From contig CBDAVG010000002.1 in assembly GCA_965200865.1 (NCBI GenBank), forward strand, positions 1,746,712 through 1,810,711: DNA of 64,000 nucleotides, given 5' to 3'. The DNA comes from an uncultured candidatus Porisulfidus sp. (GTDB lineage Bacteria; Pseudomonadota; Gammaproteobacteria; Poriferisulfidales; Oxydemutatoraceae). Under the pieces are notes generated by a model that did not search any database, was not told the origin of the DNA, and worked only from the letters and a program-made list of their open reading frames with translations. A program made the translations under genes and the position numbers. Shown here piece by piece: positions 40,625-49,582 of this stretch (its first letter is position 1; each line of letters starts with the position of its first letter).

Positions 40625-41301
40625 TGTACCGAATAAACGCACTACTCTCTGCCGAAGATTTAACTGAGATTAACAAACTGCTCAGGCAAGCCCGCTTTGT
40701 AGACGGTCGCTTATCTGCAGGCAAACATGCCCGATTGAATAAACATAACCAAGAGATTTCAAGTGCCGATGTTACTCTAGAAAAACTCAATGCAATCGTC
40801 ATGCCCAAACTAATTAACCATCCCGAGTATCAAGCGATCGCACTGCCGCATAAAATTGCCGAACCCTACTACGCTTCGTATTGCGAAGGAGATTATTATG
40901 GCGACCATACCGATAACCCAGTGATGGGACAAGCACCGCATCTCTATCGTTCCGATATCGCAATAACCATTTTTCTAAGTCACCCGAACGAATACGAAGG
41001 CGGCGAGCTGCTTATCGGCACACTGGAAGACAACCACACGCATACCGCCAAATATCCTGCCGGCGATGCCGCGCTATACACCGCAACAACTACCCATCGA
41101 GTTGAACCCATCAAAAGCGGTCGTCGTCTAGTTGCCGTGACTTGGGTACAAAGCCTAATACCCAACCCCCTACATCGTGAGCTGATATATAGCCTTGGCA
41201 AAGTGCAAAACCATATAAAAGCTAAAGCCCCCGACTCTCAAGAAAGTAAAGAACTAGAATGGCTATATACAAATCTGTTTAGAATGTGGACACAGATTTA
41301 G
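40624..41301 (+). CDS. PKHD-type Fe(II)/2-oxoglutarate-dependent hydroxylase (YbiX/PiuC-like)
   Basis: Aligns along its length with the YbiX family, including HTDN and TIFLSHPNEYEGGEL motifs. Confidence 0.8.
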   Translation: MYRINALLSAEDLTEINKLLRQARFVDGRLSAGKHARLNKHNQEISSADVTLEKLNAIVMPKLINHPEYQAIALPHKIAEPYYASYCEGDYYGDHTDNPVMGQAPHLYRSDIAITIFLSHPNEYEGGELLIGTLEDNHTHTAKYPAGDAALYTATTTHRVEPIKSGRRLVAVTWVQSLIPNPLHRELIYSLGKVQNHIKAKAPDSQESKELEWLYTNLFRMWTQI

Positions 41302-41420
41302 AGCTAGCAAACGCGTTTACTATTTGATTTACGGTAAAACCGCCTTAGTGTAAATATCTAAAACCATTGGTTGTAGTAAAATAAGCGGTCAACAAAATTG
41401 TTATAGAACGAGGAGTCATT

Positions 41421-43334
41421 TTGATACAGGTAATTATTCAAACTATACAGTTATTAGGACGGCGTATCATGCTAAAGATAGGTACTCTTTCGGGGGCACT
41501 TGTATTCTCCGGATTATTTCAGATAATACCCCTAATGCTTATTATGCCCCTTATACGAGTAGTAGCCCGACCTAATAAGCAAGGCGAAGGTTTGCCCAGG
41601 AGGATGAAAAGACTGCTTCCAGAAGACTTTGCAAATTATCTAGATAATCTGATAGCGACTACGGACACAACTACATTGATAGTTTCTGTTGCGGTAGCTG
41701 CATTATCGTTATTCACTATTCAAGGTTTGATAACTAGATATATAAGAAAATATACAACTAACTTTGTGAACAAACAAACTACTATATTGGCAAATAAACT
41801 GTTTAATAATTACCTTGAAGCGGATATATTTAGTTACACTAATCCTATATCTCAAATAGACTCCGGATGTGATGCTTTGGCAGGTGTATTGAATTGTTCA
41901 ATTTTAACCTTTTTTAATGTCAGTATGTTTTTTTTATTGGCTTTTATTTTGATTTATATATATCCCTTATCCGGACTTGCCAGTGTAACAGTTATCGTTG
42001 TTTCTATTTCTATACTTGCCTTTGTCATTCAACCTAAAATGAATCTTTTAATCAATCAAGCCAATTTAGATATAAGCAGAGGCTCACGAGCATTACAGGA
42101 TAGTATGGGTGCCATTAAGGAAATCAAATTGATGGGCAGAGAACGCTTCTTTTTCAATCGTTATCTGCAAAGCCAAATACAAAAACAGGATCAACAAGAA
42201 CTAAAAGAGAGATTTCAGGGCATGTTGAATATTGTACAGTTAGTTATGCGATATTTAGGACTCGCTGTAGGTATTGGATTGGCTGTATACTCGTTGCCTA
42301 AAGAGGATTTAGCAGGTTTTGTGATGATTTTTATGCTACTAGCATCAAGAGTAACTTCACACGCTCAACAAATAATCGGTGAAAGTTCGATGGTTTATCA
42401 GAAACTCCTAGTGCTTCAGATACACTACAAAACTTTGTTAAAGTACCATAAAGCACAGTCAAATTTTACAGACGATGCGATAGTATGCGAAAAAGACATA
42501 GAATTTAAGAACATATATTTCCGCCACGATAATACACAAGATGATAAAGAGGAAGATTATGAAGCTTTAGCATTAGTACAACAAGAGGAGAAAGAGGAAA
42601 AGAAGGAACTTCCATTTATACTAGAAGACATAAATTTCAAGGTGAAACAAGGTCAATTAGTGGGATTAGTGGGAAGGAATGGTTCGGGGAAAAGTACTAT
42701 TCTTGATCTGTTTGCCGGCCTTATTATACCTACTCAAGGTAGTATATTAATAGATGGAAAGGAATTGGAAGTGTCTGACCGTAGGAACTGGCGTCGGCAA
42801 ATTAACTATGTAATCCAAAGACCTCATATCATATCAGAAACTATTTTATACAATGTAACCGTGGGCTTGGAAGAAGAGAAGATAGATAAGAAACGTTTGA
42901 ATAGCGCACTTAGACTGTCTATGCTAGATCAAGTGATTGAGCAATTACCTGAAGGTTTAGACACCCCGGTCGGCATTAAAGGAACAAAAGTTTCTGGGGG
43001 ACAAGCACAGCGTATAGTGCTCGCTAGAGCAATTTATCAAGATCGTCCAGTATTATTTCTAGATGAAGCTACTCGCGCTATTGATGCAGCGACTGAGGCT
43101 GAGATAATGGAGAAAATTTCTGTTATGCGAGGCCAGAAAACGCTTATCATCGTGACACATCGGGTGCAATCACTCAAACAGTGCGATAAAATTTATGTTT
43201 TGGAAGATAAAAAAATAGCTGCCGAAGGTGATTATGAAACACTATGCGAGACTAGTGAATTATTTAGATTATTTGCTCTAGGTGAAAAGCAGACGAAGGA
43301 AAAGAAAAAAGAAGGAATTCCCTCAGTTGCTTGA
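41421..43334 (+). CDS. ABC transporter, fused permease/ATP-binding exporter type
   Basis: N-terminal transmembrane domain with about 6 helices, Walker A GRNGSGKST, signature LSGGQAQR and Walker B LFLDEAT. Confidence 0.85.
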   Translation: MIQVIIQTIQLLGRRIMLKIGTLSGALVFSGLFQIIPLMLIMPLIRVVARPNKQGEGLPRRMKRLLPEDFANYLDNLIATTDTTTLIVSVAVAALSLFTIQGLITRYIRKYTTNFVNKQTTILANKLFNNYLEADIFSYTNPISQIDSGCDALAGVLNCSILTFFNVSMFFLLAFILIYIYPLSGLASVTVIVVSISILAFVIQPKMNLLINQANLDISRGSRALQDSMGAIKEIKLMGRERFFFNRYLQSQIQKQDQQELKERFQGMLNIVQLVMRYLGLAVGIGLAVYSLPKEDLAGFVMIFMLLASRVTSHAQQIIGESSMVYQKLLVLQIHYKTLLKYHKAQSNFTDDAIVCEKDIEFKNIYFRHDNTQDDKEEDYEALALVQQEEKEEKKELPFILEDINFKVKQGQLVGLVGRNGSGKSTILDLFAGLIIPTQGSILIDGKELEVSDRRNWRRQINYVIQRPHIISETILYNVTVGLEEEKIDKKRLNSALRLSMLDQVIEQLPEGLDTPVGIKGTKVSGGQAQRIVLARAIYQDRPVLFLDEATRAIDAATEAEIMEKISVMRGQKTLIIVTHRVQSLKQCDKIYVLEDKKIAAEGDYETLCETSELFRLFALGEKQTKEKKKEGIPSVA

Positions 43335-43335
43335 T

Positions 43336-43500
43336 AAATAGAACAGCCGATTGTTGCCGAGTGGACCCGCCATTTGAGCCAGTAGGTCAAGTGGCATTTT
43401 CGATTATCCGCCCTAACGCGTTGTGTCTGTACAAGCAATCCATTCATTCATTTCGTTTACGGTAACCATGATTTGGTGGCGCAGAGCGGGTAGATTGGTA
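43336..43500. repeat. REP-like repeat cluster 12
   Basis: ccgccatttgagccagtaggtcaagtggc and cgccctaacgcgttgtgtctgtacaagc. Confidence 0.7.
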
Positions 43501-43868
43501 CAAGGATCCGACATGGATTGGGGCAGGCAAAATATTGAGGTCTGGAGAAAACGCAGATACAAGTCCTCGGAATTGGGATGACCCAGAACCTAAAGAGACT
43601 AGCGGTTTCTTTAGATTTTTATTTGTGCTGGATCAGATTTCAGTTTATACAAAGATTTTTATTATTACGGTATAGCTTCCAAGAATAAAGCTACTTATTC
43701 AACAGCCACGTCTTGTGTGGTTTGAGTATCTATAGTCGTCCATGTCGCACAATATTTGCAGCCAGTCCAAACACTTGCACTCGCAGCGTAGGTGACGTTA
43801 GTTCTCAAAACAAGGCCATGACAAAAATGAGATTTTAAGTTAAATTAGAAAACAACAGGAGTTTCAAA

Positions 43869-44290
43869 ATGAAGAAACGATTTACACAAGAGCAACATCA
43901 GAGCGATCAAATCACGCAAGACCAGTCGCACGATAGAAGACATTTGCCAAAAACTAAGTATAGCCCATGGCACCTTTTACAACTGCCGTAGCAAATATGC
44001 CTGATTAGAAGTTAACGAAGCGAAGCGATTAAACAGCCTTGAACTGGAGAATAACCAACTCAAGAAACTACTTGAAAAAAGCTCTCAGGGACATGCTATC
44101 AAAAAAGCGGTGCCCCCCGGCAAGCAAAAGAAGCGTTGCGGCAGACTTAAATAGGCATTATGTTAAGTGAGAGATGCAGTTATGAGCTGGTCGAGATAAG
44201 CCGTAGTAGTTATCACTACCAAGCATGCCCGGTGTATTTGCGAAGGCAACAATATGAAAAATGACTTTTTATGTAGTCCTAAAAATGGGA
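43869..44290 (+). pseudogene. IS3-family transposase remnant: orfA plus the N-terminus of orfB, with stops and frameshifts
   Basis: Reads MKKRFTQEQ...TIEDICQKLSIAHGTFYNCRSKYA*LEVNEAKRLNSLELENNQLKKLL (HTH plus leucine zipper of IS3 OrfA), followed by a degraded OrfB N-terminus. Confidence 0.6.
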
Positions 44291-44417
44291 GGCCTCATGT
44301 CCTTTTGCTCCAATTTTTCCAATATGTCCAATATGTCATGGCATCGTACAACAATTTGCACCGTGGTTCAGATTGTTCCATAATGCATATAAATTTTGCA
44401 ACTAATTAACCATTGCT

Positions 44418-45502
44418 ATGACTTGTCCGATATACATTATCCACCTGAAGCGTAGTTTAGAAAGGCGGCTTTATATGCAAAGACAGCTAGATGCCTTTGG
44501 TTTGGATTACCGTTTTGTAGAGGTAGATGTTTTTGATAAATACGAATTGGAATCCAAGGCCTACCGCATCCGTGTTGCCCAAATGTTGGGCATTGACGAG
44601 CAGGCTTTGGAGAGTAAATATGAGGCGGTGTTCAATTATGCGACAAGGTACTCTAGAGTTGATTATAGTGAATTAGCATTACTTGCTATTGGTTTGAGCC
44701 ATATAAAAGTCTACAACTTGATGATAGAAAACAACCACGAGATGGCTTGTATATTAGAAGATGATGTTAAATTATTGCCGACTTTCCCTGAGGTTCTTAA
44801 AACTACACTTGATCTAGAGTGGGATATATTACAATTTTGTCATCAGCCTGATTGGTCTCCCTTTTATCCATTTTTTATCCGTTATTTTCGTAAAGTAGGC
44901 TTTCTCAAATTTCCTAATTTTCGGTTTCTTTTTTTCAATGATGAAATAGATAAACAAATGATCAGAGAATATGGTTTTGATAATCCCAAATATTCAAAGC
45001 CGGCGGCATATATAAAAAAACCATGCAACTATATCGTAATAGGTACAAAAACATAATTAAACCACCTCTACTTCCGATAATTCACTTACTTCCCAACACA
45101 ATTAAGAAATTCTTGTTTCCTAAGAGTGATTTACTATTTATAAACAACCTCTGGGGCAATAGACTATTATTAGAACTAAATACTATAATTGAGCTAGGTA
45201 TGCTTCCTAAAGAATCCAACCCAAACCTGATAACTGAAGATCACTGTATTGCTGAGCCCAGACGTGAAGTTCTATCGACAACGGCTTATTTAGTAAGACA
45301 ATCGGCTACAGCTAAATGGAAACAAGAATTACTCTCCGAGAATTCTCTAGCTATAGATCAGATTCCTTGGAAGTTATACAAGAACGGGCAAGTAAAACTA
45401 CGTATCATTAGCCCGCCTTGTGCGACGGCTACTTTTAATTACTTAAAATATACGGTGCGTGCTTCAAACAGTCACTTTAGCATAGGTAAAATAAATTTTT
45501 AG
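44418..45502 (+). pseudogene. glycosyltransferase family 25 (LPS biosynthesis, Lic2/LgtB-like) split by a frameshift at an A7 tract (45014..45020); possibly phase-variable
   Basis: ORF 44418..45056 is the N-terminal part (PIYIIHLKRSLERRLYMQRQLDAFGL). ORF 45023..45502 matches the C-terminus of the paralog at 45773..46828. One extra A in the A7 run fuses them into about 358 aa. Confidence 0.7.
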
Positions 45503-45511
45503 GTTGCAATC

Positions 45512-45770
45512 CATGGGCAGCCGCTAAAAAAGTAGGTCAATCGGCGTGACATTGTGCATAACTTTAATTTGATTGCTTGTCGTACATTACAAAATGCAAT
45601 ATCCGCTCTGCGCCACCAAATCATGGTTACCGTAAACGAAATGGATAGAATGGATTGCCTGTACAGACGCAACGCGTTCAGGCGGACATACAAGCCCGAC
45701 AACTCAATCGGCGGCTCTATTCTATCCCTACAAGCTCAATCAACGGTCCTATTTCTCAACAGCCCAAAGT
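45512..45770. repeat. REP-like repeat cluster 13
   Basis: aaaagtaggtcaatcggcgtgacattgtgca and ctgtacagacgcaacgcgttcaggcggacatacaagcccgac. Confidence 0.7.
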
Positions 45771-45772
45771 TA

Positions 45773-46828
45773 TTATCTAAGTCGAGCACTATACTTCCAT
45801 GAACTATGTCTAGGTGTCGCACAAGGCGGAGTAATCATTCGTAGCTTCGCTTGTGCATTTTTGTATAATTGCCAAGGAATATCGTCTATTGCCAGGGTGT
45901 TTTCTACAAAAGCTTCGTGTCTCCATTTTATTGCAGCATGCTGTTTTACTAAATAGGCTGTAGCCGAGAAAGTAATGCCTCTTGGCTTGGCGATACAGTG
46001 ATGCTCTGTTATTAAATTCAGACTAGTTTTTTCGGGTGGCGCACCAAACCGCATATAAGTATATGGGTTTAGATGTCTGCACAAAGTTCTGTAATCCCTA
46101 TATTGCTTGTGTTTAATCAAAGACAAACGGCGATTAGCCGGTATAATCGTCTTTGCAATCTCTGCGTATTCACTGTCATATTCTTTTAGGATGTTTACGA
46201 AACTTTCCGATTGCTTTAGATATGTACTAGAATCAAAGCCGTATTCACCCAATAAGCGTCTTATGCGATAATCTTTTTCGTTTTGAGTTGTTGGAGTTTT
46301 CTTGAATTGACGACTTAAGAACACTAAATCTTTGCCAAAAATACGAAGACTTTTAATAGGATCTTTTAGTGTTTTAGAATACGTTCGATCAGAGTTATTA
46401 GAAAATAGCAGTATATCCCATTCAAGCTTAGGAGCAATTTTGAGAACCTCAAGGAAAGTCGGCAATAGCGTAGCATCGTCTTCCAGTATGCAAGCCACGT
46501 CAATGCCATTTTTAACCATCAAGTCATAAACCTTTGTATGGCTGAATGTGATAGCAAGCTGAGCCAGGCTTGTATTTTTCCAGTTTTCGCATGCCTCAAT
46601 TTTTGCACGATCTATTATCTTGGCATATTTCTTTTCTAAAACCGCTTTTTCAATACCCAACATGCGGCCAATCCGACTACAGTATTGGGACGATTTCAAG
46701 TCAACTTTATCAATTGCGTCTATGAATTGATAGCTTAAGCCAAGCGAATCCAGCTGTCTTTGCATATAGAGCCTACGCTCAGGGGTACGTTTTAGATTGA
46801 TAACATAGATAGGAGGAAAGTTTGCCAT
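45773..46828 (-). CDS. glycosyltransferase family 25 (LPS biosynthesis glycosyltransferase), intact paralog
   Basis: PIYVINLKRTPERRLYMQRQLDSLGL N-terminus is characteristic of GT25; 351 aa, convergent with the split paralog. Confidence 0.8.
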   Translation of the reverse strand: MANFPPIYVINLKRTPERRLYMQRQLDSLGLSYQFIDAIDKVDLKSSQYCSRIGRMLGIEKAVLEKKYAKIIDRAKIEACENWKNTSLAQLAITFSHTKVYDLMVKNGIDVACILEDDATLLPTFLEVLKIAPKLEWDILLFSNNSDRTYSKTLKDPIKSLRIFGKDLVFLSRQFKKTPTTQNEKDYRIRRLLGEYGFDSSTYLKQSESFVNILKEYDSEYAEIAKTIIPANRRLSLIKHKQYRDYRTLCRHLNPYTYMRFGAPPEKTSLNLITEHHCIAKPRGITFSATAYLVKQHAAIKWRHEAFVENTLAIDDIPWQLYKNAQAKLRMITPPCATPRHSSWKYSARLR

Positions 46829-46956
46829 TATGGTTCCTTAAAACGAGAATCTTTAAATTGATCTTTCTACAAATAGTGAACATGTTTTTATGCTCGCTTG
46901 GTGATAGATCTCTCATAATCTACAGAACACATATAGCCTAGTGCAGAGTGTCTGCA

Positions 46957-47235
46957 CTGCCTATTATGCTAGACTATGTACTTAAATATAGATGACCGTG
47001 CCTCTGCTATTGAACTAAAAGTGCAGCGGTTGACTAACTCCAATTTGAGACTGCGAAACAGGCTTTCAACATAGGCATTACCGTAGCAGTTTCCGGCGCG
47101 AGACATGCTCATAGTGAAGTGCTGTTACGATACCAAATCACGATAGTCTTGGCAGGTGTATTGGCTGCCTCCGCCAGAACTTCTCACTTTACCCAGAGGC
47201 AGAGAGTCTAAGGATTGTACTTCTTTTAAGCCTTT
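46957..47235 (-). pseudogene. IS3-family transposase OrfB C-terminal remnant
   Basis: Reverse strand reads GSQYTCQDYRDLVS*QHFTMSMSRAGNCYGNAYVESLFRSLKLELV...IFKYI, the conserved C-terminus of an IS3 integrase core with an in-frame stop. Confidence 0.6.
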
Positions 47236-47384
47236 TTTTAGGAGAATTATGTACATAAATCTACAAGATTCACTTAAAAGACTTACTATACAACACTTTC
47301 AGATCTTGACAGCTATTCCAATCAAGGAGACTAAACAATGAATAAAGTGGCTAAAACAATTAGCGTAGTTAAACTGCTAAAGAT

Positions 47385-47680
47385 CAACCCAATTATGGTT
47401 TCCATAAATCAAATAAATGAATGGGGTTGTTTGTGCAAGGACAACACGTTCGGACAGACACATAAGTCTGCCCCTACCAGTACATGTGCGTTGTATTAAC
47501 ACACAATATCGTGCAAGTACTCGGCAAATGGTTTCCATAAATCAAATGGATGAATGGATTGTCTGTACAGACGCAACGCGTTAGGGCGGATATATAAATC
47601 CGCCCCTACCCATGTAGTTGAAGTTGCGGTTCTGCACAACGTCACGCCGTTTGTGCTACTGCAGCAAACGGCGATTCTAT
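47385..47680. repeat. REP-like repeat cluster 14
   Basis: tagggcggatatataaatccgcccctaccc and a cgccgtttgtgctactgcagcaaacggcg hairpin. Confidence 0.8.
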
Positions 47681-47910
47681 TTTTCCCACTCCTTTAGTAT
47701 TGGTGGTGTACGCTTTTCTTTGAGTCTAGCTTCGGCTTCTTCCTGAGTTTCAGCAAAAATAATTTTTGCAATAATCGCATCGTCTTCTAAGCTCGCCCGT
47801 ATTTCGCGAACTTTGGTCTTCGCCTCCTTAAAAGAGACAAAGCTATCTAACTGCTCTATACTATTTGCTTGTTTATCTATCTTATATATGAAATACGGCA
47901 TACCAATCAA
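47677..47910 (-). CDS. hypothetical small protein (77 aa) immediately downstream of the soeC-like gene
   Basis: ORF 7 bp after the membrane subunit gene and co-oriented with it. No motif recognised, so whether it is real is uncertain. Confidence 0.35.
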   Translation of the reverse strand: MIGMPYFIYKIDKQANSIEQLDSFVSFKEAKTKVREIRASLEDDAIIAKIIFAETQEEAEARLKEKRTPPILKEWEK

Positions 47911-47916
47911 ATAGTC

Positions 47917-48855
47917 TTAAACTTTGGTGGTACCGTGATATAGATTTACGACATGCCGAGCTTCTGAGAAAAATAACCAGCGTTCTATCAATACGCCTAA
48001 AAAGGAAGACAAGAACCCTATAAGCATCAGGGGAAGTGCGATAGATACCTTTGTCATTGTGCTAATCAATAAAAATGCCGGTAGTATGAATGTCAGCACG
48101 AAAACCGAAATGCGTAACAACAAACTCTTGTTTTTCGTTATCATATAGCCAAACTCGTCGGTTAAAAAGGTACCAGAAGTATGTCCTACATCAAGCAATC
48201 GCACCGGCTCGCGTGTGAATCCAGTTGCAGTTGCAATCGTGGATCCCTTGGGAATACCGATCCATGCGTAATAGATAAGTTTTGAGACAGCAGACATCAC
48301 GATAAAAGTTAGCGCAAGGATTAAAACGGTCAAAGAATATGTGCCGGTTGCTTCCAATATCGCAAGTATCAAAAGACTACCTGTGGTCAGTGCCAAAAAA
48401 ATATAATTCATCGGTGTCATTGCAGTGTGCCATTGTGGTATGGTTTTCAGGCAGGCGTATATCATCGCCGTTGAAAAAACCGTAGCCAATGCCACGCCCA
48501 AAGTTAATAGAGAAGCAACCACCCATAAGGCATACGATTGCTCGGCAATACCCAGCCACCATGCGGCTATCCAAAGTAAGGCAACAGGGAAGAATACGAC
48601 GGCTATCACGGCTTCTCGCGCCAACCACGATGTTTTAAAACGGCTAAATGCTCGCCACGCATTTTTAGGGTTTGCCAAATGTAAGGTAGACGAAAACAAA
48701 CCCAAGATGATCAGTATAAAACCAATCACGCATAGGGTCATAAATAGTGTAGTGTCGGGCTTATTGAATAAGGTATAAGCGGATAGAACCATGAATAAAC
48801 CGAATCCTGCGCCAGAGGCGGTGGTAAAAAATATAATCGATAGAGCAGGTTGCAT
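47917..48855 (-). CDS. soeC: membrane anchor subunit of a complex iron-sulfur molybdoenzyme (NrfD/DmsC-like), SoeC-like
   Basis: 312 aa and about 8 predicted transmembrane helices, directly downstream of the Fe-S subunit. Confidence 0.6.
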   Translation of the reverse strand: MQPALSIIFFTTASGAGFGLFMVLSAYTLFNKPDTTLFMTLCVIGFILIILGLFSSTLHLANPKNAWRAFSRFKTSWLAREAVIAVVFFPVALLWIAAWWLGIAEQSYALWVVASLLTLGVALATVFSTAMIYACLKTIPQWHTAMTPMNYIFLALTTGSLLILAILEATGTYSLTVLILALTFIVMSAVSKLIYYAWIGIPKGSTIATATGFTREPVRLLDVGHTSGTFLTDEFGYMITKNKSLLLRISVFVLTFILPAFLLISTMTKVSIALPLMLIGFLSSFLGVLIERWLFFSEARHVVNLYHGTTKV

Positions 48856-48868
48856 CGTGGATTGGAGG

Positions 48869-49582
48869 TTAGTAGTCTATCGCTCGGTTGACCCAGTCTT
48901 TGACTTTGCCGACTAATCCTCTGCTATCACCATTGCGTGAAGTTGCTTTTGGGTACTGTGGTGTGGGTTTAACTTCGCGTGGCGGTAAGTATTTGTTAAC
49001 TGGGTTATAGCCGAGCTCCGGCATCAGTTGTGATCCGCCGCGTTGGCGCGTCATTTTGGATACCTCTGAGTCGGGGTCGTCAAAATCTCCGAAAAAGCGG
49101 GCATGGGTAGGACATGTTAGGACACAGGCGGGTTGTCTTTCCTCTTCGGGTAATGCCTCATCGTATATACGGTCTATGCAAAGGGTGCATTTTTTCATAA
49201 CACCATCTTCCCGGTCCAACTCCCGTGCGCCGTAAGGACATGCCCAAGCACAGTAATTACAGCCCATACATTTCTCTTGGTCTACCAGTACGATGCCATC
49301 TTCGGGACGTTTATAAGATGCTCCCGTAGGACAGACTGTGACACAATCGGCATCCTCGCAGTGCATACACGACATCGGAAAATGTACCGTTTTACTATCT
49401 GGATAATCGCCTACCTCGTAATTTCGGATGCGATTGAACCATACGCCGGAGGGGTCTTTACCGTAAGGGTTATAGTCGGTGAGTGGTCCGGTCATACCCG
49501 AAGTGTTCCATTGTTTGCAAGCCACTGCGCACGCATTGCAACCTACACAGGTATCTAAATCTATTACTAATCCTAACTTCAT
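48869..49582 (-). CDS. soeB: 4Fe-4S ferredoxin-type electron-transfer subunit of a molybdoenzyme (DmsB/PsrB class), SoeB-like
   Basis: Four Cys clusters of the CxxCxxCxxxCP type (CVGCNAC..C, CMHCEDADC..C, CMGCNYCAWACP, CTLC). Its start overlaps the catalytic subunit stop by 4 bp. Confidence 0.75.
   Translation of the reverse strand: MKLGLVIDLDTCVGCNACAVACKQWNTSGMTGPLTDYNPYGKDPSGVWFNRIRNYEVGDYPDSKTVHFPMSCMHCEDADCVTVCPTGASYKRPEDGIVLVDQEKCMGCNYCAWACPYGARELDREDGVMKKCTLCIDRIYDEALPEEERQPACVLTCPTHARFFGDFDDPDSEVSKMTRQRGGSQLMPELGYNPVNKYLPPREVKPTPQYPKATSRNGDSRGLVGKVKDWVNRAIDY

Noticed and set aside
40980-41201. A 73 aa antisense ORF inside the PKHD hydroxylase gene, and similar short ORFs inside polA, topA, ftsK and soeA.
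   Set aside because: They are embedded antisense within long, homology-supported genes and are typical six-frame noise.
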